This document shows positions 1 to 7,373 of a stretch of DNA of 11,016 bases, one piece after another. Within the stretch, counting starts at the first letter, position 1. Every line of letters begins with the position of its first letter. This DNA comes from Pseudomonadota bacterium (GTDB lineage: Bacteria; UBA10199; 2-02-FULL-44-16; JBDRGF01), in NCBI GenBank assembly GCA_043818055.1, contig JBDRGF010000056.1:1-11016 (forward strand). The letters are read 5' to 3'. The position numbers were made by a program, and so were the translations under genes. The notes under the pieces are model-generated. The model searched no databases and was not told the DNA's origin. It saw only the letters and a program-made list of their open reading frames with translations.

Positions 1-134
1 TGCACCTTCGCTGCGGAGGGCTTCGACACCCGGATTACTCCGACCTGTCGCCTCCTTAGCTACATGTCGTATGGACAATTCACATGGTAAACTCCTTTCA
101 GCTTACAAGTCTGACCAGATTTATCCTGGCGCAC
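1..134 (-). mobile_element. 5' end (domain I start) of a group II intron, IIC-like architecture; the rest, including any RT ORF, lies beyond the left edge
   Basis: The minus strand from 134 reads GTGCGCCAGGATAAATCTGG..., matching the GUGYG 5' splice consensus. Successive hairpins follow: GTAAGCT-GAAA-GGAGTTTAC, CATGT...ACATG, a TAGCTAA linker, then GGAGG-CGACA-GGT-CGGA-GTAA-TCCG-GG-TGTCG-AAGC-CCTCC with a GNRA tetraloop. This matches the order of subdomains IA/IB/IC. The GTGCG also interrupts a REP-like palindrome where its GATGAC end would be. Confidence 0.8.
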
Positions 135-191
135 CATCCCTGCGAAGGCAGGGATCCAGGAAGATACTATTATATATGGATCCCCGCCTAC

Positions 192-322
192 GAGATTGTG
201 TCGTAATTGGCTTTTGGTGTCATCCTGAACGTAGTGAAGGATCTTAAGCGTTTGAAATAACAAGATTCTTCGTTTTACTCAGAATGACATTATATACAAA
301 ATCTCAATTGCGACACAGTCTC
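192..322. mobile_element. 131-bp non-autonomous element (MITE) with IS1182/IS5-like terminal inverted repeats
   Basis: TIRs GAGATTGTGTCGTAATTG (192-209) and CAATTGCGACACAGTCTC (305-322) are 16/18 complementary. They are flanked by a TAC direct repeat (189-191, 323-325), and there is no transposase inside. The family assignment is from recalled similarity of the ends only. Confidence 0.75.
218..289. repeat. Internal palindromic repeat pair (GTCATCCTGA...GAAGGATCT / AGATTCTTC...TCAGAATGAC type)
   Basis: TGTCATCCTGAACGTAGTGAAGGATCTT (218-245) and AAGATTCTTCGTTTTACTCAGAATGACA (262-289) are imperfect inverted copies located inside the MITE. Confidence 0.7.
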
Positions 323-606
323 TACGCGAGGATGACAGGGAATGGGAATGGCAATTGTAACTTAATCGGACAACGGGGATATTTGTAAATTTTTACATTT
401 TCTAATCGATCCTTTACGATATTGATATCTGTACTCGTCCAACCCTTTGAAAAAATAGCTACATCAATATCGGAGGTTTCGTTAAAGTTACCCGTCGCTC
501 TTGAACCAAAAATCACTATTTTTTCAACTAGTTTATATAACAGAACAATCTCGATTATCCTATCCACGGTCGATCCATTTAAACCGCATTTTTCACAGTA
601 AGGCAT
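322..606 (-). pseudogene. Minimal nucleotidyltransferase (MNT/Pol-beta-like), probably C-terminally truncated
   Basis: It has the IVIFGSRATGNFNETSDIDVAI motif (GS...DxD). After DRLENVK the sequence lacks the expected third-Asp strand and terminal helix and runs into repeat DNA. No HEPN partner follows. Confidence 0.65.
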
Positions 607-662
607 AATAAGATTCCTAATAGACTTCTTTCGTAACGTTTTTGTAACATATTGTTTTTATT

Positions 663-686
663 GTAGGGGCGGGGAAAACCCCGCCC
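663..686 (+). repeat. Single GTAG-family REP
   Basis: GTAG followed by the perfect hairpin GGGCGGGG-AAAA-CCCCGCCC. Confidence 0.75.
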
Positions 687-704
687 AAATCGTTTTATTA
701 CCCC

Positions 705-834
705 GAGATTGCCACGTCGCCTACGCTCCTCGCAATGACTCCAGGGAGGAGAGATTGCCAAGCTGAGTCCCGTTCTACGGGGTCGGCCTTCGGAAACCTT
801 CCGCCACAAATCGATGACGGACACACGCAATGAC
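705..834. repeat. Two tandem GAGATTGCCA...CGCAATGAC palindromic repeat units, the second with an expanded interior
   Basis: Unit 1 is GAGATTGCCA-CGTCGCCTACGCTCCT-CGCAATGAC (705-739). Unit 2 has the same ends (751-760, 826-834) around a 65-nt interior containing small hairpins. The pair lies just 3' of the rubrerythrin stop codon. Confidence 0.7.
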
Positions 835-840
835 ATAAAC

Positions 841-1416
841 CTACCACGCTTTAACGAAGAGTTCGAAGTAAGTCTGTGGATGAGCACAGGCGGGGCATGC
901 CTTTGGCGCCTCATCTCCCTCATGCAGATAGCCGCAATTCTGACACTTCCAGACGACCTTCTCATCCCTCTTAAAGACCTTTCCCTCTTCGATATTTTTC
1001 AAAAGACCTAAATAGCGATTCTCATGCATCTTCTCAGCTACCGCTATCGACTCAAAGACTTTGGCAATATCCTCAAAACCCTCTTCGCGCGCGACCTTTG
1101 CAAAGTCGGGATACATTCTACCCCACTCGTGATGTTCACCAGCCGCTGCTGCAGTCAAATTCGAAGCGGTGCTGCCGATAACGCCTGATGGAAAGGCCGC
1201 CTGAATCTCAACATCCCCACCCTCTAAAAACTTAAACAATCTCTTCGCGTGCTCCTTCTCCTGATTGGCTGTCTCTTCAAAGATCCTTGAAACCTGAATG
1301 AAGCCCTCATTCTTCGCCTTGCTGGCAAAGTAGGTGTAGCGGTTTCTCGCCTGTGATTCTCCTGCAAAAGCCGTCAGAAGATTTTTCTCAGTCTTTGTTC
1401 CATTCATCTTTCCCAT
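841..1416 (-). CDS. rbr: Rubrerythrin
   Basis: NLLTAFAGESQARNRYTYFA N-terminus, di-iron ExxH motifs (EKEH, EKMH) and a C-terminal rubredoxin domain (WKCQNCGY...CPACAHP). Strong SD GAAAGGAG upstream. Confidence 0.97.
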   Translation of the reverse strand: MGKMNGTKTEKNLLTAFAGESQARNRYTYFASKAKNEGFIQVSRIFEETANQEKEHAKRLFKFLEGGDVEIQAAFPSGVIGSTASNLTAAAAGEHHEWGRMYPDFAKVAREEGFEDIAKVFESIAVAEKMHENRYLGLLKNIEEGKVFKRDEKVVWKCQNCGYLHEGDEAPKACPACAHPQTYFELFVKAW

Positions 1417-1449
1417 TTTTATCTCCTTTCATCACTTATTAATTTTAAT

Positions 1450-2127
1450 TCATTCGTTAAAATACAAGACATCCTTCGGGCAGGCTTCAATACACACCGA
1501 GCACTTCAGACAATCCTTCGATTGATACACTCCCCCTTTAAAATGGTCAATGATTTGAAGATTAATGGGGCATTCCATCTCGCAGATTCTGCACTTCACA
1601 CAACCCTCTCTCATCTTCAATGGTTTTTTATGCCCTCCGATAACACTCTGCAGCGTCCCCATAGGACAAAATGAACACCATGTGCGCGGATGGTAAATGA
1701 TGGCGACGACCAGGGCTATGAGGGTAGTGATGACACATATCCGCACGAAGACCGCTCCCCAGTGATAAGGGTTCGAAACATCAAAGGCTATCTGCAGGGC
1801 CATGAGTCCCATCAGGACTGCAAATACGATCCACCTGAAATTATAGTTTCTGAAAAATTCAGGGATTTTCTTATGAGGGCTTATTCGCGAGACTATCCTG
1901 TCAAAAAATGCCCCCCTGGGACATAGCCAGCCGCAGACGAATCTACCGTGAAAAATAGACCCTACAAGGCCTGTGAGCATGACGAGTGGAACTATGTAAC
2001 CCAATATCGGATACTTGATCCCTCCAAAGATCGTGATCACAACCAGGAGCCACGCCATCGACTGAATCTTGTGCCTCAATTTGCTTTTGTTTTTTTCTAA
2101 TTTTTCCTCAAACTTGATATTATACAT
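1450..2127 (-). CDS. Membrane-bound 4Fe-4S binding protein (NapH/MauN-like polyferredoxin)
   Basis: Hydrophobic helices, GRFVCGWLCPRG and RTWCSFCPMG motifs, and two CxxCxxCxxxCP ferredoxin motifs at the C-terminus. It starts 1 nt after the permease stop. Confidence 0.9.
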   Translation of the reverse strand: MYNIKFEEKLEKNKSKLRHKIQSMAWLLVVITIFGGIKYPILGYIVPLVMLTGLVGSIFHGRFVCGWLCPRGAFFDRIVSRISPHKKIPEFFRNYNFRWIVFAVLMGLMALQIAFDVSNPYHWGAVFVRICVITTLIALVVAIIYHPRTWCSFCPMGTLQSVIGGHKKPLKMREGCVKCRICEMECPINLQIIDHFKGGVYQSKDCLKCSVCIEACPKDVLYFNE

Positions 2128-2128
2128 C

Positions 2129-3406
2129 CTATTTTTCCTTTTTTATATCGCCCACCGTGTACCCAACTCCTTCGATTATACTCCTGAGAACGTCTCTATT
2201 AAGGCGTGTGCCGTAGATCTCAACCTTTCCAACAGCTGTATCGAATACGACCCTTTGAACCTCACTCTCCCGCCCAAGTGCCTTTTCAATGATATGGGCA
2301 CAATGATCGGAATGCATATCCGTGACTATGATACTGATCTTTTCAAGCGCTGTATCGTCAAGCTCAAGGTCTGTGGCTTTAAGCCTCGGTTTGATGAGCG
2401 ATTTGAGCAAAATGAGGGTCAGAACAACCGCTGAAAGAAATTTAACCTCGCTTGGAATCATAAAGGAATGGGAGGGATGCGCAATAGCTAAGGTATATGA
2501 AAAAACGCTATCCAGCGCCAACCCTGACAAGAGCGCAGTTGCCATCACTGAAAATAGATAGACGATGGCCGTGCGCTTTCCCATGATCTTCCATATCGTC
2601 CCTATTGTCGCGGCATTGGTCGCTGGCCCTGTCATCAAAAAGACGAGCGCCGCCCCAGGTGAAACTCCCTTTGCAATGAGAACTGCGGCGATAGGCACGC
2701 TGGCCGTCGCACAGACATAGACAGGGATTCCCACAAGCATCATCACGAGCATCGTAGCAATCCCTCCACCAAGCACACTGGCAAAAAAATCGTCCGGCAC
2801 AAGGCCTGATATAACGGCAGCTACCAAAATGCCTATGATAAGCGCCCTACCGATGTCACGCGGCAGGACTCCGAAGCCGTAGTGAAATACATGTTTGATC
2901 TTTTTCCATAAGGTATCTGTGACACAACAGTCATCAGTGCAGCAACTCTTGTCCTTATGTTCAGGCTCCTCACCTTTCTCCCCAAATATCAAAACGAGGA
3001 TGCCACCAATGATCCCACTAAAAAAAGCGACGACAGGTCTTACGATCGCAAAGACTGGCCCCAAGAGGCTGTAGGTGACGAGGATGCTGTCCACACCGGT
3101 CTGCGGCGTGGATATCAGGAATGATGTAGTAGCAGAACGGCTCGCCCCATGCTTTCTCAAAGATGCCGCGACTGGAATAACGCCACAGGAACAGAGAGGC
3201 AGCGGCACACCGAAAAGGGAGGCCTTTATTATTGCTCCCAACTTACTACCGCCAAGATGCTTCTCCACCTTTTCAGCAGATATGAGAACTGAAAGGACCC
3301 CCGCCACAAAAAAGCCGAAGAGCAGATATGGCGCCATCTCCGAAAATGTGTAGAAGGCGCTAATTAGCAGATGTTTTAATATTACGATCAGATGAGCTGT
3401 GTTCAT
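2129..3406 (-). CDS. DUF318/ArsP-type (SO_0444-like) predicted metal permease with C-terminal HMA-like domain
   Basis: GVPLPLCSCGVIP, FLISTPQTGVDS, PVYVCATASVP and GAALVFLMTGPATN motifs, a Cys/His-rich linker (HKDKSCCTDDCC), and a C-terminal VTDMHSDHCAHIIEKAL...IEGVGYTV HMA-like domain. Confidence 0.92.
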   Translation of the reverse strand: MNTAHLIVILKHLLISAFYTFSEMAPYLLFGFFVAGVLSVLISAEKVEKHLGGSKLGAIIKASLFGVPLPLCSCGVIPVAASLRKHGASRSATTSFLISTPQTGVDSILVTYSLLGPVFAIVRPVVAFFSGIIGGILVLIFGEKGEEPEHKDKSCCTDDCCVTDTLWKKIKHVFHYGFGVLPRDIGRALIIGILVAAVISGLVPDDFFASVLGGGIATMLVMMLVGIPVYVCATASVPIAAVLIAKGVSPGAALVFLMTGPATNAATIGTIWKIMGKRTAIVYLFSVMATALLSGLALDSVFSYTLAIAHPSHSFMIPSEVKFLSAVVLTLILLKSLIKPRLKATDLELDDTALEKISIIVTDMHSDHCAHIIEKALGRESEVQRVVFDTAVGKVEIYGTRLNRDVLRSIIEGVGYTVGDIKKEK

Positions 3407-3431
3407 CTTCCCCCCCCAAATTCGAATAAAT

Positions 3432-3485
3432 GTAGGGGTAAGCCCCTGTGCTTACCCGCGGGCGACCACAGGGGGTCGCCCCTAC
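3432..3485. repeat. GTAG REP doublet (REPIN-like)
   Basis: GTAGGGGTAAGCCCCTGTGCTTACCC followed by the inverted copy GGGCGACCACAGGGGGTCGCCCCTAC. Confidence 0.85.
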
Positions 3486-3487
3486 AA

Positions 3488-4237
3488 TCATTGTATCAAC
3501 TCACAAAAACTATCATTCATATCATCTCTAATCCCAAAACGTGTTAAAGCAAAATCATATTTTACAGGATCGCTCGACTCAATTCTCCTAAAAAAATCTG
3601 TTATCTCCTCAGCTGTTCTAATATCAGCTGCTTTTCTTTCAGTCATCTCAAGCTTTCGTGAGATGCGGTGCATATGCACATCGAGCGGCACGATGAGTTT
3701 GGACGTGGGAATTTCATTCCAACCACCGGGATCGACAGCATCAGACCGCACCATCCATCTCAGATACAAGTTCAACCTCTTGCACGGGCTCTTCTTAAGC
3801 GGGTCTGGAAGAAGGGTGGATAAATTATGTTTGCCCGCCTTTTTAAGTTCATGAACAAAGTAAACTAACCCGTCATTCAAAGACTCCCTTTTGCAATAAC
3901 CTTCACAGAAGAGCTTCTCAAGAGAGCCATAGTTTTTCACTACCTTTTTTATTCCGCAGATCAGCGCTGAAATTTCCTCGCCTGTAGTAAATCGATGTTT
4001 GAAATTTAAGAGATGTTTTTTTGAGGCATCGAGCCTTTTCAGAACATGGGACACGCTTTTGAGTATTTGAGCCACCCTACCGTAGGCAAGCGCTGATGCG
4101 ATGAGCCCCACGACCTCGCGATCGCCGGCATTATCATAATTATACAAAAATTCGAGTGGATCGGGATGCACGAATTCCCGCTTATTGTATTTCGCATAAA
4201 GCCTGTTGAGAGTCTTTTTATCTATCTTTGCCATCAC
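3488..4237 (-). CDS. TIGR02757/DUF2400-family protein (helix-hairpin-helix-related, function unknown)
   Basis: DPLEFL, DREVVGLIASALAYGRV, SPCKRLNLYLRWMVR, DPGGW, PLDVHMHR and DPVKYDFAL motifs. SD AGAGG upstream; start is GTG 4237 or ATG 4234. Confidence 0.92.
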   Translation of the reverse strand: MMAKIDKKTLNRLYAKYNKREFVHPDPLEFLYNYDNAGDREVVGLIASALAYGRVAQILKSVSHVLKRLDASKKHLLNFKHRFTTGEEISALICGIKKVVKNYGSLEKLFCEGYCKRESLNDGLVYFVHELKKAGKHNLSTLLPDPLKKSPCKRLNLYLRWMVRSDAVDPGGWNEIPTSKLIVPLDVHMHRISRKLEMTERKAADIRTAEEITDFFRRIESSDPVKYDFALTRFGIRDDMNDSFCELIQ

Positions 4238-4250
4238 ACCTCTTTATAAA

Positions 4251-4281
4251 GATATAGACCGATCGCTTCGCAGAATGTCAA
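4251..4281 (-). promoter_or_regulatory. Possible sigma70 promoter for TIGR02757 and downstream genes
   Basis: Perfect TTGACA (4281-4276) with a weak -10 TATATC (4256-4251) at a long 19-nt spacing. Confidence 0.35.
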
Positions 4282-4321
4282 TTGGAAAAGACTAAATACT
4301 AATATCGTGCTCGGATTTTTT

Positions 4322-4383
4322 GTAGGGGAGGGTTTCAAACCCTCCCATTATAATAAGTGGGCAGGTTTTAAACCTGCCCCTAC
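4322..4383. repeat. GTAG REP doublet (REPIN-like)
   Basis: GTAGGGGAGGGTTTCAAACCCTCCC ... GGGCAGGTTTTAAACCTGCCCCTAC. Confidence 0.85.
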
Positions 4384-4406
4384 AACAGGACCCGAGTATA
4401 GCAATA

Positions 4407-5141
4407 CTACAAAAAACCGAGATACCAGATTGTTTTTTCGCGGCAGGAGACTAGGGCTGAGGGATAGAGCTTTATAGCCTTATCTGGTTCTTTCAGAATT
4501 AAATCGACGATATTCTTTTTCGTCTCATCGCTCACCAAAAAGAGGGCGTTTCTTGCCATGTTGATGATCGGAAGGGTCATTGTGATGCGCTCGCTTACAG
4601 GCATATCAGGTGGAGCCTCAGCTGAGACTACATATTTTTCCTTTTCATCCAAGGTGTAACTTCCGGGAAAGAGAGATGCCGTATGACCATCAGGTCCAAT
4701 CCCCATGAGCATCAGATCAAAAACAGGGTCAGCACTCCCAAAAAACGTGCGGATCTCCTTTTCATATCTGATGGCTGCCAGCTCAACTCCGTCTGCGTCA
4801 GTGGATATAGGATGAACATTTTCATCAGGAATCGGAACCTTCGAGATAAACGAAGAGTGGGCTAGCCAAAAGTTGTTCTCCTGATGATTTTGATCGACAA
4901 AGCGCTCATCCCCCCAGAAGAGGTGAACATCCTTCCATGGCATCTGTGAAAGATAAGGTTCCCTGGAAAAGAGCTCATAGAGAGGCTTTGGCGTGTGGCC
5001 GCCGCTCAAGACAAATGTGAACAGCCCCCTCTTCTCTACAGCATCCTTGGCCATCTGAGATACCAAGCTTGCGGAGGCCTTACTCAGTTCACTTGAGTTT
5101 TTGAAATGTGCTACTTCAAGGCCCATCCCAAGCTGCATCAA
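4407..5141 (-). CDS. pgl: 6-phosphogluconolactonase (DevB/Pgl type)
   Basis: LSGGHTP, HLFWGDERFV, FDLMLMGIGPDGHTASLFPG and RITMTLP motifs. SD GAGGTGA upstream; start is TTG 5141 or ATG 5138. Confidence 0.95.
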   Translation of the reverse strand: MMQLGMGLEVAHFKNSSELSKASASLVSQMAKDAVEKRGLFTFVLSGGHTPKPLYELFSREPYLSQMPWKDVHLFWGDERFVDQNHQENNFWLAHSSFISKVPIPDENVHPISTDADGVELAAIRYEKEIRTFFGSADPVFDLMLMGIGPDGHTASLFPGSYTLDEKEKYVVSAEAPPDMPVSERITMTLPIINMARNALFLVSDETKKNIVDLILKEPDKAIKLYPSALVSCREKTIWYLGFL

Positions 5142-5164
5142 TCACCTCGTTTTTTTTAGAAACG

Positions 5165-5528
5165 TCACTTAGTAGTTTTTGACGGATCAACTTTGACAGG
5201 TTTGTCTGTTGTTTTTGCAGGAGGCATTTTCATACCACGATCAGCCGCTTTCCCCTTCAGCAGCCTTTCAAGTTCCATCTCCCCCTTCGACATCGGCTTT
5301 GTCCTGCTGCCACTACCCTTATTTGAAGATGGCGGCCTTTGCGGCATCGCCTCTCTTTTCACTTCCGGGCTTTTCTGATGGCAGGAAATCTTCACCAGCC
5401 CCAGCATACTTAGATTGTTGAATGTATAATGAAAGGTGCCGATGATCAACAGCATCGATAGTCCGACAGAAAACCATGCTATGACCTTGAAAAAAAATTT
5501 TCCTCTTTATCAGCTGTATATCGGTCAT
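5165..5528 (-). pseudogene. Frameshifted or chimeric ORF: HEPN/DUF86-like first codons joined at a T8 tract to a TM helix and a Lys/Pro-rich tail
   Basis: ATG at 5528 is coupled to the MNT stop and gives MTDIQLIKRKIFF. Removing one base from the A8 run (5490-5497) continues into KVIAWFSVGLSMLLIIGTFHY... and on to the 5165 stop (120 aa). An independent 60-aa ORF from ATG 5347 (SD-like AGAGG) is an alternative. Confidence 0.45.
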
Positions 5529-5529
5529 A

Positions 5530-5940
5530 TTATTCAGCCTTCCTTTTTTTACCGTACGAAGAGAAAAAATTCAGTATTTCTAGATAATCAAAATATCGCG
5601 TCATAGTGTTGAATGCAAACTTTGCCGCAACACCCTTTTTTCTTTCAAAAATAAGAATCCCATATTTCAAGACCTGTTGACAAAGAGCGCTGTTAGCCCC
5701 ATTCAATATCACCAGATCCCCAGGCCGTCTTAGTGGCCTTTCAAGAGCGGCTGTCAGATCGGTTAAATAGCTCAATTTGTTAAGCCCCCTAACTTCTTTT
5801 TTAAGATAGATTGCGATATCGACATCTTTTGCATTCTCTCTACCTTTGGCTACCGAGCCGAAAAAATATCCAAGCATGACATTTGAATCAGCCTTCAAAA
5901 TTTTTGTGAGCCTCTGTAGCTTCTCCCTCTCCAATTTCAT
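5530..5940 (-). CDS. Minimal nucleotidyltransferase, MntA-like antitoxin (MNT-HEPN type)
   Basis: GYFFGSVAKGRENAKDVDIAIYL (GS...DxD), DLVILN, QVLKYGILIFE and RYFDY tail; 136 aa. Confidence 0.88.
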   Translation of the reverse strand: MKLEREKLQRLTKILKADSNVMLGYFFGSVAKGRENAKDVDIAIYLKKEVRGLNKLSYLTDLTAALERPLRRPGDLVILNGANSALCQQVLKYGILIFERKKGVAAKFAFNTMTRYFDYLEILNFFSSYGKKRKAE

Positions 5941-5995
5941 AGCATATCCTTACCAAATTTGAATAGACAGCTCAACCAGAATAAAGCGAAGGCGC

Positions 5996-7294
5996 TTAAT
6001 GAGATTTGAGATCTTTATGAGCAGTTTTAGCGATAGGAATCTCGTCCCATTTTGTCGTAAAGCGGTTTGATCGCTTTGAGCGTTTTATTCGCCAGTTTTT
6101 GTCCACACCCTCTGATGCAAACTGAATCGCTCCTTCGGCGATATTACGGTTGATCTCATCCAGCACCGCCATCGCTTTTCGTTTCCTATCCTCATTAGAT
6201 GGATCGTCAAAGATGTTCGTCTGCTGTTGATTCGCAGAGTGGATTCCGGTGAACATGATGCCGGCCTTCTTGTATTTGAGCCCCTTTTTGTAAATCTTTT
6301 TCAGCTCTATCAATGCATGTTCGATGAGAGTGGGAGTATAGGCCGTTGGAGTTAAGAGCTCTGCCGTGGAAAGATAAAAGAAGTTCCCCTTGTTTTTAAA
6401 GCGATCGGTCAGGATATAGACTTGGATGGATGATGCGAGGGAAGATTGAGCTCTCAGCTTTTCGGCCCCCCTTGCGATATAGGTCGAGACTGCCTCTTCG
6501 AGATCGCCAAGCTTTGTCACAGGGGAGCCAAATGATCTCGAGCATGTTATTCCCTTTTTAGAGGGCGGCTCATCTTCGAGCCCGATGCATGCCTCGCCTC
6601 TGAGCTCCAAAACAGTCTTCAACCCGACGATACTCATATGTTTTTTCACCCACGCGTCGGGCAGATCCTTCAGCTGCCGGGCGTTCTTTATTCCGTGCCC
6701 GATTAGAAACTCAGAATATTTTCTGCCTATCCCCCAGACATCCCCCACCTCAAGCGACTCGAACAGCGCATCGATATTTTCTGTGGCACTCAGATCGAGA
6801 ACTCCCTTATATATATCATTTTTCTTCGCCACCTCGTTTGCCGCTTTGGCTAGCGTCTTTGTCGGGGCGATGCCGACGCTGACGGGGATGCCCGTCCAAC
6901 GTTTGACCCTCGCCCTTATCTGCCTGCCATATTCTGTTATCTGATCCGGCGAGAGGCCTTCAAATGATAAAAAAGCCTCGTCTATCGAATAGACCTCCAT
7001 GTCGAAACCGAAGCTCCCGATGGTCGCCATCACGCGCTCAGACATGTCGCCGTAGAGCGCAAAGTTGGAGGAGAAAACCTTCACACCATGTTTTTTAAAT
7101 AGACCTTCGCACTTGAATGACGGCACTCCCATCTTGATGCCAAGTTTTTTGGCTTCGTTGGATCGGGCGATCACGCATCCATCGTTATTTGAAAGGACTA
7201 CGACGGGGACCCCTTCGAGAGAAGGGTCAAAGACCCTCTCGCAGGAGACGAAGAAATTGTTGCAATCGATAAGGGCGAAAAGCGTATGTAGCAT
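5996..7294 (-). CDS. umuC: Y-family DNA polymerase V catalytic subunit UmuC
   Basis: [44 protein letters not shown] and DVWGIG motifs, plus the C-terminal W...RS.RFTT.WDEI motif. Located downstream of umuD. Confidence 0.96.
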   Translation of the reverse strand: MLHTLFALIDCNNFFVSCERVFDPSLEGVPVVVLSNNDGCVIARSNEAKKLGIKMGVPSFKCEGLFKKHGVKVFSSNFALYGDMSERVMATIGSFGFDMEVYSIDEAFLSFEGLSPDQITEYGRQIRARVKRWTGIPVSVGIAPTKTLAKAANEVAKKNDIYKGVLDLSATENIDALFESLEVGDVWGIGRKYSEFLIGHGIKNARQLKDLPDAWVKKHMSIVGLKTVLELRGEACIGLEDEPPSKKGITCSRSFGSPVTKLGDLEEAVSTYIARGAEKLRAQSSLASSIQVYILTDRFKNKGNFFYLSTAELLTPTAYTPTLIEHALIELKKIYKKGLKYKKAGIMFTGIHSANQQQTNIFDDPSNEDRKRKAMAVLDEINRNIAEGAIQFASEGVDKNWRIKRSKRSNRFTTKWDEIPIAKTAHKDLKSH

Positions 7295-7373
7295 GTGGCA
7301 TGTAGCATGTGGTAAAAAACTTGTTAAACGAGCTTTTCCTACATGCTACATGCTACATTCTACATGCGCTTTT
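7278..7373. repeat. 35-bp inverted repeat built from tandem heptamers (CATGTAG / CTACATG)
   Basis: The left arm AAAAGCGTATGTAGCATGTGGCATGTAGCATGTGG (7278-7312) matches the reverse complement of the right arm (7339-7373) at 31/35 positions. About four heptamers per arm. Confidence 0.9.

Larger units (their letters stand above)
135..337. repeat. REP-like inverted palindrome pair of the GTCATCCC...GGATCCA / TGGATCCC...GATGAC type, both copies interrupted
   Basis: The left copy CATCCCTGCGAAGGCAGGGATCCA (135-158) has a perfect 8-bp stem ATCCCTGC/GCAGGGAT and lacks its leading GT at the intron junction. The right copy TGGATCCCCGCCTAC (177-191) + GCGAGGATGACA (326-337) rejoins once the 192-322 insert and one TAC are removed. 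Confidence 0.75.

Noticed and set aside
60..263. 67-aa minus-strand ORF
   Set aside because: It is a read-through of palindromic repeats, the MITE and the intron 5' end, with no protein-like features.
338..356. GGGAAT-GGGAAT-GGCAAT short tandem repeat
   Set aside because: Only three imperfect units; too short to support any function.
751..834. Possible hammerhead or other small ribozyme (CTGA...GAAAC present)
   Set aside because: The CUGANGA core is absent (CTGAGTC) and the three-stem arrangement could not be built on either strand.
579..1011. ORFs 579-965 (-) and 814-1011 (+)
   Set aside because: They overlap rubrerythrin in other frames and run through repeat DNA.
1690..5421. Plus-strand ORFs (1690, 2069, 2322, 3075, 3399, 4683, 5193, 5209)
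   Set aside because: They are antisense shadows of minus-strand genes and show no recognisable motifs.
7278..7373. Heptamer repeats as a mini-CRISPR or intrinsic terminator
   Set aside because: There are no unique spacers and the units are only 7 nt. The stem overlaps the umuC coding start, is long with a large loop, and has no U-tract beyond the stem on the coding strand.
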